Source: an uncultured Planctomycetota bacterium (GTDB lineage Bacteria > Planctomycetota > Planctomycetia > Isosphaerales > Isosphaeraceae). From it: a stretch of DNA of 64,000 nt. The stretch is from contig CAWGMQ010000010.1 in the NCBI GenBank assembly GCA_963823665.1, positions 96,001-160,000 on the forward strand, written 5' to 3'. A program made the translations under genes and the position numbers. Under the pieces are notes generated by a model. That model did no database searches. It was given only the letters and a program-made list of their open reading frames with translations, and was not told the origin of the DNA. Positions 1 through 8,566 of the stretch are shown one piece after another; the stretch's first letter is position 1; the number at the start of each line of letters is the position of its first letter.

Positions 1-508
1 GACACCGGTCCTCGGGGACGACTTCCGAGATGAACGGGGGCTGCCATCGCGGAATGAAGCTGTAGTCGCGGCTCGGGTTGCACAGGCAGGAGAACCGGGT
101 GTTGACCAGCCAGAGGCACTCGCTGCCGAAGGCCACATCATGGACGGCGAGATCGCCCACGTCGTACGTGACCCGCGGAAGATAGAGCGCATCGTACCGG
201 CCCGGCTGCTCTTCGAGGAATTCGTAGGCCAGCAAGGGGGCGTTGACCAGCTCGAGGACCTGATAGCGCGTCGCCAGGAGCAGCCGCGGGCCGTCGACGT
301 CCAGCCCCATCGGCTTGGGGAAGTCGCGGAAGAGCAGGGTCACCTGCCGGCCGTCCCAGCCGATCATCCCGACCTTGCCCGCCTGGTAGGTCGTCAGCAC
401 GATCGAGCCCCCAGCCTGGCTCAGCCAGGAGGGGAACGACTCCGAGACGTCGCATCGAATCGTTTCGGACATTCCGTCGCGCGGAGGGGGTGTGGTGGCG
501 CTGTCCAT
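1..508 (-). CDS. TIGR03032/DUF4915 family protein, 3' end runs off the window
   Basis: Manual minus-strand translation (not in the ORF track): SESFPSWL..GGSIVLTTYQAGKV..RDFPKPMGL..YDALYLPR..GDLAVHD..VNTRFSCL..SFIPRWQPPFISEVVPEDRC. These are characteristic motifs of this family. ATG at 508, alternative at 472. Confidence 0.85.
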   Translation of the reverse strand, partial: MDSATTPPPRDGMSETIRCDVSESFPSWLSQAGGSIVLTTYQAGKVGMIGWDGRQVTLLFRDFPKPMGLDVDGPRLLLATRYQVLELVNAPLLAYEFLEEQPGRYDALYLPRVTYDVGDLAVHDVAFGSECLWLVNTRFSCLCNPSRDYSFIPRWQPPFISEVVPEDRC

Positions 509-550
509 GAAAACGGCGCTCCGCGAGCTGGGCGACATCCGGGGTCTGAT

Positions 551-1072
551 CTAAGACCGGGCGGGGAAGACGCCTTGCAAGGCGATGATGTAATTCAGGA
601 CCAGGAATGGCTGACGGTTCTCATGGGGTTGGCCGCCGCCAGCGGAGGTGGTCGCCGCAGCGGACATCGCGCCAGGCGGCGTCGAGGTACCGTAGGGGGT
701 GTCCGTCCCCGGTCGGGCCCAATCCGCGCCCGACGGCGAATTGGTGTCGCCCACTCGGCCGAAGGCGAGCGCTCCATGGGAATGTGCGGCCAACTGGCTC
801 AGACTCAGCGTGACCGAATCGGAGCCGCCGGTTTGACCCAGGTTGTAATTGCTCAAGCCCGTCCCCTGACCCGCGCAGGTCGCCGTTCGTCCTTGGAGAT
901 TCGGCAGGCCGAAGGTTGACTTGCCGTCACCTCCGAAGTTGGTTCCCAGCAGCGAGAACAACGCCGGATTCTGTGAGATGGGGAGAATCTGGCCATTGCA
1001 CAACGCCCACCCCTGCGGGGCAAAGTTATAAGGGACGGGAATTACCTGGCCGAGGAACGGCGTCTGAGGCAT
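551..1072 (-). CDS. Phage tail-collar domain protein (microcystin-dependent protein-like), paralog 1
   Basis: PFLGQV..FAPQGWALCNGQILPISQNPALFSLLGT.FGGDG.STFGLPNLQGR; C-terminal HENRQPFLVLNYIIALQGVFP. Confidence 0.92.
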   Translation of the reverse strand: MPQTPFLGQVIPVPYNFAPQGWALCNGQILPISQNPALFSLLGTNFGGDGKSTFGLPNLQGRTATCAGQGTGLSNYNLGQTGGSDSVTLSLSQLAAHSHGALAFGRVGDTNSPSGADWARPGTDTPYGTSTPPGAMSAAATTSAGGGQPHENRQPFLVLNYIIALQGVFPARS

Positions 1073-1207
1073 CGCATCATCTCCTGGTTTTTTCGTGGGG
1101 AGTCGTTTTCAATTTGTGGGCAATCTGCTCGCGCACCCACGGTCAGCCACCGCGCTGGCCCTGGTGTCGCGGCAGGGGCCCCATCGGCGGCGGGAACGTT
1201 GGGAAGG

Positions 1208-1726
1208 TCAATTCTGAGTTGGGAAGATTCCCTCCAGAGCGATGATGTAGTTGAGTGCCTGATAAGCCATCAAGTTGGCGTGCGGCTGATTGCCTCCGGC
1301 CAGACCGATCGCGCCCGGGGCCATGCTGGCCGCGCCCGTTGTAGCGGACTTGTAAGGGTTGTCGTTAGAGGCCTGGGCCCAAAGCGCGTTCACTGGCGAT
1401 CCGCTGTTGCTCCCCCCGGTGAAACACTGGGCTTGGTGGGTGTGACTGGGGACCTGGCCGCTGGTGAGCGTCACGCTCTCGGACCCACCGACTTGGCCGA
1501 TCGTGTAATTGCTCGTGCCGTTCCCTTGACCCTGGTGCAAAGGAATGCGGCTGCGCAGGTCGGGCAGGGCGAACGTTGTTTGCCCGTCACCTCCGTAGAT
1601 CGTGCCGATCAGTTGAAACAGCACCATATTCTGGTCGATCTGCAGGAGCTGGCCGTTGCAAAACGCCCAACCCACCGGCGCGAAGGTGAAGGCCACCAGG
1701 GTGATCTGACCAATAAAGGGCTCCAC
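1208..1726 (-). CDS. Phage tail-collar domain protein, paralog 2
   Basis: EPFIGQI..FAPVGWAFCNGQLL..YGGDGQTTFALPDLRSR..LNYIIALEGIFP. GTG start at 1726 follows GAAGGAG. Confidence 0.92.
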   Translation of the reverse strand: MEPFIGQITLVAFTFAPVGWAFCNGQLLQIDQNMVLFQLIGTIYGGDGQTTFALPDLRSRIPLHQGQGNGTSNYTIGQVGGSESVTLTSGQVPSHTHQAQCFTGGSNSGSPVNALWAQASNDNPYKSATTGAASMAPGAIGLAGGNQPHANLMAYQALNYIIALEGIFPTQN

Positions 1727-1798
1727 TTGTCGTGCTCCTTCCGATCGTCGCGGGCGGCGCAGGCCCCGCTCGAGCCTCGCTTCCACGAGATCAAGAAA

Positions 1799-2308
1799 TT
1801 AGTTTCTAGAAGGGAAGATGCCCTGAATCGCGATGATGAAATTGACGACGAGAAAAGGCTGAAGGTTGGAATGCGGCTGCGAGTTTCCGCTGGGAGTGAT
1901 CAGGCCGGCGGCCATCGATCCGTTGGGATTGGATCCCGTTTGATAGAGCTTCTCGCCTGAGGACGACCCGGCCCATACCTGACTGGCTGGATCTCCGACG
2001 GTCCCTGCCTGCGTGGAACACATCGGCGCGTGCGAATGGAGCGGGATCTGGTTGCCATTCAGGGTCACGCTTTCGACCCCGCCCGTGCTGCCCAATTGAT
2101 AGTTCGGGCCGCTCTGGACGCTGACGCGCCCCCTCAGGTCGGGCAGCGCGAAGGTATGGACCCCATCGCCGCCATAAGTCACTCCCAGCAACGAGAAGAG
2201 GGCCTGATTCTGCGCGATCGGTAGGATTTGACCGTTGCAGAATGCCCACCCTTTTGGAGGAAACGGGAATGCGACTGGAGAGATTTCACCGAGGAAAGGG
2301 TCTGCCAT
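1799..2308 (-). CDS. Phage tail-collar domain protein, paralog 3
   Basis: MADPFLGEI..PPKGWAFCNGQILPIAQNQALFSLLGVTYGGDG..FALPDLRGR..NFIIAIQGIFPSRN. ATG at 2308 follows GAGGTGA. Confidence 0.92.
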   Translation of the reverse strand: MADPFLGEISPVAFPFPPKGWAFCNGQILPIAQNQALFSLLGVTYGGDGVHTFALPDLRGRVSVQSGPNYQLGSTGGVESVTLNGNQIPLHSHAPMCSTQAGTVGDPASQVWAGSSSGEKLYQTGSNPNGSMAAGLITPSGNSQPHSNLQPFLVVNFIIAIQGIFPSRN

Positions 2309-2395
2309 CGTGATCACCTCGTGATATTCGTTGACCTCGGGGAGCAGATACCGCCATCCGCCTCCAGATTCGACTCGCACCGCAGTGAAAAACCA

Positions 2396-2710
2396 TCAGT
2401 TGAAAATGGCCTGATAGTGCAAGCCGTTCGAGCTTCCCTCGGGCCCGAGGGGAACCAGGAAAATCCCAAGCGTGCCCCGCGTGGGGTGCTCGATCGGATA
2501 AATCTGCTGCGGAAGGAGCCGGTCGCGCGGGCCCCTGAAGATCAAGGAAAACGCCTGGGCCCGGATTTCGGGTGAAGCCGGCCGGTGGCACTCGCCGATC
2601 GTGTCGGCCTCGATCAATTCGAGCTCGAGCACGTCTCCCGACCCAAGTGACACCCGGAACGTACGATTCACGTGTCCGATGAAGTCAGAGACAGTCAACT
2701 GATCGAGCAT
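2396..2710 (-). CDS. DUF6916-like protein associated with tail-collar clusters
   Basis: MLDQLTVSDF..LELIE..FSLIFRGP..LPQQIY..H..G.LGIFLVPLGP..YQAIFN; located next to the tail-collar triplet. Confidence 0.8.
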   Translation of the reverse strand: MLDQLTVSDFIGHVNRTFRVSLGSGDVLELELIEADTIGECHRPASPEIRAQAFSLIFRGPRDRLLPQQIYPIEHPTRGTLGIFLVPLGPEGSSNGLHYQAIFN

Positions 2711-2979
2711 GTGGCACCCTGCGGCCTCAAGCCGCGGAGCAGAGGGCGGAGGCCCAGATTCGCCTCGGATCCGAGCGCCCAAAGGCACCTCGTGCTCTCC
2801 GAGGGGCCCTTGCTCATCGCTGTCTCGGGCAGCATAGTTAATATCACGCGAGAGCGACTGTCAAGGACCATGTGGATTTCGAGCGATCTCCATGGCGAGT
2901 TCGGCCCGATGGGTTTCGACCCCGGGTCTCGCACGAAGGGAGTGATGAGGTCGCTGACCTACAACAGGACGGGACCGCC

Positions 2980-3511
2980 ATGCTAGGTCGAACCTTGACG
3001 GACCGTGTGCGAGGGCCCCTGGCCGGCTCGATCGGTCTCCGGCCCGCCGTCGCGGCGGATGAGCCATTTTTGTACCGAGTTTTTGCGAGCGACCGCGCCC
3101 GAAGAACTCCGGCTCGTCGACTGGGACGACAACCAGAAAGCGGCCCTTCTGAGGATGCAGTTCGTCGCGCAGAATGCCTCCTACCGCCAGGCTTTCCCGG
3201 GCTCGGCTTTTGAGGTGATCCTTAACGGCGGTCAACCGGCCGGCCGCCTCTTCCTGCACCGCGGCACCGAGTTGATCCGCGTCGTCGACATCGGCCTCTT
3301 GCCCGAGCACCGGAATCAAGGGATCGGCGGCGCGCTCTTGAAGGCGGTGCTAGACGAGGCCGCCGAGGCCGACAAAACGGTGCGGCTCCGCGTCGAGTCG
3401 TTGAATCGGGCCGTGAGGCTGTATGAGCGCCTCGACTTCGCGTCGATCGGTACCGACGGAGCCCACATCGAGATGGAGTTCGTTCCCAGGATCCCGAACG
3501 AGGGCCACTGA
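2980..3511 (+). CDS. GNAT N-acetyltransferase, apparent frameshift near 3090
   Basis: N-part LRPAVAADEPFLYRVFAS lies in one frame. The next frame continues with MQFVAQNASY..IRVVDIGLLPEHRNQGIGGALL (acetyl-CoA motif A)..NRAVRLYERLDF. Confidence 0.85.
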
Positions 3512-3716
3512 TTTGTCACCCCTTAGATCCTGGATGCGCAGCGCTCGCCAAATTGCGAACCGCAACTTCACACCGCTTGAGTGGCAGCGGTTTTTCCCTG
3601 ACATCCCCTACCGAAGCACTTTCGACGGGGTGCCTTTGCCAGCGAACATCGACACCAGCCAAACACGCCCGCCGGTGTCCGCGGGCCCGAACGTGAATGA
3701 CCCCAAACTGAAGTGA
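3512..3716 (+). pseudogene. Orphan C-terminal tail resembling WD40/nSTAND1-type proteins
   Basis: DLSPLRSWMRSARQIANRNFTPLEWQRFFPDIPYRSTF matches the W..AC.IANRNLT..EW..F.PD.PYR.T tail of WD40-STAND proteins. The body of the gene is not present. Confidence 0.5.
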
Positions 3717-3955
3717 TGTCATGACTGGCGAATGGACGCCAACGGGGCCACGGTCAATCGCCACGGGCTTCAGCCCTTGGCTCCTTGGCTCCATTGCCCC
3801 TTTCTCCGCAATGTCGCGCCGGAAAACACGACATCGCGCGAGGTCGTCCAACCCCAATCCAGCTAACCAGTGCTTCAAATCCCCACATGTGGTATCGTAT
3901 CTCGCTCAAGCCACCATCGCGACCGCAGCGTCGCGGTCCCCTTGAGGAGCCGCAC

Positions 3956-5726
3956 GTGAAGATAACAAGCGCGTTTCTGGCCGCGTGCGTCGTCTGGGCG
4001 GCGTTAGTCGCCCCGAGCATTTCCACGTCCGCCGGCGAGCCGACCCGCCCGCGCCCCGACGTTATGATTCTCGAGCGATTGAAAGACGTCGGCTTGAGCG
4101 GCGCTCAGACAGCCGCGATCAAGAAGTTGTCGGCCGAGCTCGATTCGCGCCTCGGCGAGCTCGAAGCGAAAGCCGCGCCCACTCCCGCGCAGCGGGCTGC
4201 CCGCGAGCGGGCGCTTCGAAAAGTAATTGCCGAGGGCAAGCGAGGCACCGAGGCAAGACCAATCATCGCGGCCGCCTTCGCGCTCTCGAACGAGCAACGC
4301 CACGCCGCGGCGCAGATCGGTATCGTGCGCGACGAGTTCAACCGCTCCGTCTTCTCACTCCTCACCGAGACGCAAAAGAGAATGCTCGCAGCGTCGGAGC
4401 ACCGACTCGACGAGTTCACCGGCTTCATCATCGTGCGATTGGCCGGCGACGTACCCAGAGAGGCTCGACGACGCAAGAAGCCTCGACGACGTCGCCCGTG
4501 CGCAGAACCTGACCGGCTTGCGCGAGGTGATCGTCGCCTTGGGATTGAACGATACCGAGCGCCTGGTTCGCTTCGTCCCCGATTCGCACGCGCCTGACCC
4601 CGACAGGCAGCGCGACGTCGATGCACTGGCCCGCCGGCTCCGTTCATACTGGCGAATCGATGCTCGCTCGAAAAACGCGCCGGTCGATACAATCCTCCGC
4701 CGGCTGCAGGCCACTCCGGGAATCGATTTCGCTTATCGTGAATCGGCGATCGGCACTCCATCACAGATTGATCCGAACGAGAACCCATACTTCCCGCTTC
4801 AGGGTTATCTGGACGCTGCACCCACCGGCATCGATGCCCGCTTCGCCTGGAGGAAGCCCGGCGGCGACGGCGCGGGCGTCGGTTTCGTCGACGTCGAGGA
4901 CTGCTGGAATACAAATCACGAGGATTTGAAAGGACAATCGCCGACCCTGATTTTCGGCGACGAAATCGCAGGTGACCACGGCACCGGCGTGCTGGGCGAG
5001 TTGGTCGCACAGGACAACAAGGTGGGCATAATCGGTGTCGCGCCGTCTCCTGCATATGTATTCTTGACGAGCTGGCTCGAGATCGGCGCGGCGACGGATC
5101 GCCTGGTGGAAGGCGTCGTCCTGTCGGCGATTCTGATGAATCAAGGCGACGTCTTGCTTCTGGAAGTGGAGCGCTACTACAAACCGGTCGAGCTCTGGGC
5201 CGCCGACTTCGACGCCTTGCGGTTTGCGACCTCGCTCGGCATTGTCGTGATCGAGCCGGCCGCCAACGGCGACTACGATCTCGACGGCACGCCGGATCCC
5301 GCGGGCCGATTCGTCCTCAATCGGGCCTCGGCCGACTTTCGCGATTCCGGGGCGATCATGATCGGCGCATCTGATCCGATGGACTCGCACAACCGTGCGC
5401 CGTTCTCCTGCTATGGCTCGCGCGTGGATTGCTTCGCGTGGGGCCGATACGTGGTCACGTGCGGGGGGGGCGACCTCGACGCTGGCGGCGGCAATCCCAA
5501 CAAGACATACCGAAAGGCGTTCAACGGCACCAGCGCCTCGGCTCCGATCGTGGCCGGCGCAGCCATGATCTTGCAGGCGAGAAGAAAGGTCCGCGGCAAG
5601 CGTCCGCTCACCTCCGAAGAGATGCGTTCGCTGCTCGCCGATCCCCGTACCGGCACTTTGCAGGGCCCGCGCGTCCCCGGTAACATCGGCGTCATGCCCA
5701 ATTTGCTGCGCCGTCATCGACGCTGA
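3956..5726 (+). CDS. S8 subtilisin-like serine peptidase with signal peptide and N-terminal helical LTxxQ-type domain, apparent frameshift near 4460
   Basis: Catalytic Asp (FVDVED), His (DHGTGVLG), oxyanion Asn (AANG) and Ser (GTSASAP); also GIDARFAW..GGDG and YGSRVDCFAWG. The N-terminus VKITSAFLAACVVWAALVAPS follows GAGGAG in ORF 3785-4597 and joins ORF 4227-5726. Confidence 0.88.
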
Positions 5727-5795
5727 AGACGCTGGGCCCAACCGCAAGAACAACCGTTAGACCCTCTTTCACCCCGACGTCGAGGAGCTCTTCCC

Positions 5796-6245
5796 ATGGC
5801 TTCAGTTGACATCACCGTGGCAACTTCCGTTCTCGCGCTCTTGCGCCGTGATGTAACGGCGAGCTGCATCGCCGATCGCTATGGCGTCACCGAGGCCCAG
5901 GTCCTCGAGTGGCAGGATGTCTTCGTCCTGGCCGGTTCGCTGGCGCTGGCCGAATTCCAGCGCGGTGGCAAGGTCTTTGCGCATCTGGGCGAGGTGTGCG
6001 ATCCTGACACAGATGGCGACAACGGCAACGGCGGTCTGGGCCCGCCGACAACCAAGTCATACCTTCGCCATGGCAAGGGCGGTCTGGGCCCGCCGACAAC
6101 CAAGTCATACCTTCGCCATGGCAAGGGCGGTCTGGGCCCGCCGACAACCAGGTCATACCTTCGCCATGGCAAAGGCGGTCTGGGCCCGCCGACAACGAGC
6201 TCATCCCCTCACCATACCAAGGCAGGTCGAAGGCGACGAACATGA
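5796..6245 (+). CDS. Putative multicore precursor peptide: HTH-like ~78-aa N-terminus plus four 16-aa repeats
   Basis: GAGGAG RBS upstream. Repeats are GGLGPPTTKSYLRHGK x2, GGLGPPTTRSYLRHGK and GGLGPPTTSSSPHHTK. The stop overlaps the next start (ATGA). The CDS is solid; the precursor role is inferred. Confidence 0.75.
   Translation: MASVDITVATSVLALLRRDVTASCIADRYGVTEAQVLEWQDVFVLAGSLALAEFQRGGKVFAHLGEVCDPDTDGDNGNGGLGPPTTKSYLRHGKGGLGPPTTKSYLRHGKGGLGPPTTRSYLRHGKGGLGPPTTSSSPHHTKAGRRRRT
6030..6221 (+). repeat. 48-bp in-frame tandem repeat, 4 units
   Basis: Units 6030-6077 and 6078-6125 are identical. 6126-6173 has 2 substitutions. 6174-6221 is diverged in its 3' half. Confidence 0.97.
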
Positions 6246-8515
6246 GCCGTCATGCTCTGACAATCGGCATGGCCGCATTCGACGACTTCGAGGGCGTTTA
6301 CTTCACCGTCACGTCGCTCATGATCCATCACCCGGGCGCGATGGATGATTGTAACATCCTGGTGGTCGACAATAACCCGGCATCACGCCATGGCAGGCTC
6401 ATCGAGGAGTGGATCGCCGATCTGGCGCCGCACGCAGAGTATCATCCGTTTGCAGACGCGACCGGAACCGCCCAGGCACGAAACGAAGTATTCCGCTGCG
6501 CCACCGGCCGCGCCGTGCTCTGCATCGATTGCCACGTGCTCCTGGCTCCCGGCGCTTTAGAGCGGCTGATCGACTACTACGCGGCCAATCCGAACACTCG
6601 CGACCTCTTGACCGGCCCTTTGCTCGACGATTCGGGCCAGATCGCCGCCACCCACCAGCGGCCACAGTGGAGCGACGGCGCCTGGGGCGTCTGGGCACTG
6701 GACCACCGGGCCGAGCTGCCCGACTCCGAGCCTTTTCCAATCTGGCAGCAGGGAATGGGCCTCTTCTCCTGCACGAAGGAAGCCTGGGTCGGCTTTCATC
6801 CCGCCTTTCGCGGATTCGGCGGCTGTGAATCCTACGTCATGGAGAAATTCCGCCAGAACGGCGGTAAGGTCCTCTGCTGTCCCTGGCTTCGCTGGACGCA
6901 CCGATTCGAGCGCCCGCATGGCGTCCCTTACCGGGTTTCGCGGCAAGACACTCTGCGAAATTATTTGATCGGTTTTCAGGAGCTCGGCCTGGACCCTGCG
7001 CCGGCGCTGGAACATTTCAAAACGTTGCCCGGTGAAGGGCGATCACCGTTCCAGCTCGCCGCCCCGGCGACGACAAGCGAGTTCTCTGTCGTCGGCGAGC
7101 CGGCTTCCGGAGCGGTGTTGATGCGCGGCGAAACGCTGGCGCGCCATCTCGCTTGCAGACTCATTCGTCCCGCAGAGGTGAACGGCGAGTCGCGCCGCGA
7201 GGCGATCGTCGCCGTCAAGTTAGGCTGCGGTGCCGCCCGCATCCGCGACCGGTGCGATCGCCTGATCTATGACCCGCTCGACGCGTTTTGCGATGACAGT
7301 GCCGATCTTGATCCCGCTCTTTACTGGCGTGCCCGTTATCGCGAGCTTGCGTTTGACGATATCATTGCGACCAGCCCGGCCTGTGCGGCGGTCATGCGCG
7401 ACGCGCTGCCGGAGCGCGTCTCCGTCCATCTCGCGCCGCATCACGCAGACCCCCGGATCAACGCGAGCTGGCGAAACAAGGACGGGCCGATCGTCTACGC
7501 CGGCCTCGAGCGCTTCATCGCCTCGGGTTTGGATCGAATCCGCCAGGCATGCCGGATGGTCGGAAAAGAGTTCATCGCCGGCCCGGACTGCGACGTTCTC
7601 ATGGGTGCCTCGCTGGCGCTGGCGCTGCGGCTGCCGCCGCACGACACCGAGCTCAACCGACGATGCAAGCCGCAGATCAAGATCGCCAACGCCATCGCGG
7701 CCGGCATGGCCGTCGTGGCGACCGACTGTCCGGCCGCGACGTCGCTCTATCCCGAGGTCGTCACGGTTCCGGTCGATTTTTCGGCCGCTGGGCTCGCCGA
7801 TGCGTTCCGCCGCGCACTCGCCGCCCGGTGCCGGCCGCGTCACTACGGTCTCGGCGATTTCCTGGCCTCGATGGACCGGATCCTCGGGCGCGAGGCGCTC
7901 GTCGTCTACACAGCGGTCTTCGGTGGTTACGACGTCCTGCGCGATCCGGTGGAACTCACGCCTGGCGTTCAATACGTCTGTTTCACCGATAATCCCCGAT
8001 TGCGGTCCGACACATGGCACATTCGCTACTGCCCGCCGTCGGGCAATCCGCTCATGCAGGCGAAGGAGTGCAAGATACTGGCGCACGAGTTTCTCGACTG
8101 CGACATTTCGCTCTGGATCGACGGTCGCACTTTGCTTCATAGCTTGAACGGAGTCTTCGACCGGCTCAGGGCCGATCTCGCGCTGTGCCGCCACCCCACG
8201 CGCGATTGCATCTACGCCGAGGCCGAACACTGCAAGCACGTGCGGCGTGGCGATCCGCAGTTGATCGACCGTTCGGTCGCCCGCTTCAAGGCCGAAGGGC
8301 ATCCGCCCGGATCTGGGCTCTGGCTCGGCGGAACGCTATTGCGGCGCCACACGGCCGCAACCAGAGTCTTCAATTGTGAATGGTGGCGCGAGGTGACAAC
8401 CGGCACGTCGCGCGATCAGATCAGCCTGCCGGTGGTTCTGCGCCGGCTCGGCTTTACGGTCGACGTGCTGCCGCCGGACGCGCCCCTCATGGAAGTCGGT
8501 AATCACGCGCGCTGA
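6242..8515 (+). CDS. Multidomain glycosyltransferase: GT2-like + GT-B(GT4)-like + DUF616 (TOD1/MUCI70-like)
   Basis: N-domain: IGMAAFDD..ILVVDNNP..ARNEVF..VLCIDCHV..GFGGCE. Middle: LIYDPLD..KPQIKIANAIAAGMAVVATD. C-domain: VVYTAVFGGYD..YVCFTDN..KILAH..SLWIDG..HPTRDCIYAEA..RRH..WW.E..RDQISL. Confidence 0.85.
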   Translation: MSRHALTIGMAAFDDFEGVYFTVTSLMIHHPGAMDDCNILVVDNNPASRHGRLIEEWIADLAPHAEYHPFADATGTAQARNEVFRCATGRAVLCIDCHVLLAPGALERLIDYYAANPNTRDLLTGPLLDDSGQIAATHQRPQWSDGAWGVWALDHRAELPDSEPFPIWQQGMGLFSCTKEAWVGFHPAFRGFGGCESYVMEKFRQNGGKVLCCPWLRWTHRFERPHGVPYRVSRQDTLRNYLIGFQELGLDPAPALEHFKTLPGEGRSPFQLAAPATTSEFSVVGEPASGAVLMRGETLARHLACRLIRPAEVNGESRREAIVAVKLGCGAARIRDRCDRLIYDPLDAFCDDSADLDPALYWRARYRELAFDDIIATSPACAAVMRDALPERVSVHLAPHHADPRINASWRNKDGPIVYAGLERFIASGLDRIRQACRMVGKEFIAGPDCDVLMGASLALALRLPPHDTELNRRCKPQIKIANAIAAGMAVVATDCPAATSLYPEVVTVPVDFSAAGLADAFRRALAARCRPRHYGLGDFLASMDRILGREALVVYTAVFGGYDVLRDPVELTPGVQYVCFTDNPRLRSDTWHIRYCPPSGNPLMQAKECKILAHEFLDCDISLWIDGRTLLHSLNGVFDRLRADLALCRHPTRDCIYAEAEHCKHVRRGDPQLIDRSVARFKAEGHPPGSGLWLGGTLLRRHTAATRVFNCEWWREVTTGTSRDQISLPVVLRRLGFTVDVLPPDAPLMEVGNHAR

Positions 8516-8566
8516 CCCTCGCCGCCACCCCCGAAGACCGTATGATTGGGCACAGAGACTCTCCTC

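Noticed and set aside
551..2308. Prophage
   Set aside because: Only collar-domain genes are present, with no capsid, terminase, portal, sheath or integrase.
5796..5960. IS3-family transposase orfA remnant
   Set aside because: The HTH-like pattern is present, but there is no integrase orfB and no terminal inverted repeats were seen. The ORF has a good RBS and is coupled to the GT gene.
6030..6221. 48-bp repeats as a CRISPR array
   Set aside because: The units are head-to-tail with no unique spacers, are a multiple of 3 within an ORF, and no cas genes are present.
5796..6245. Graspetide (TxK/TT core), classical glycocin or cyanobactin precursor
   Set aside because: The cores have no Asp/Glu acceptors and there is no ATP-grasp ligase. 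The cores lack Cys and there is no C39 transporter. No PatE-type leader or YcaO is present.
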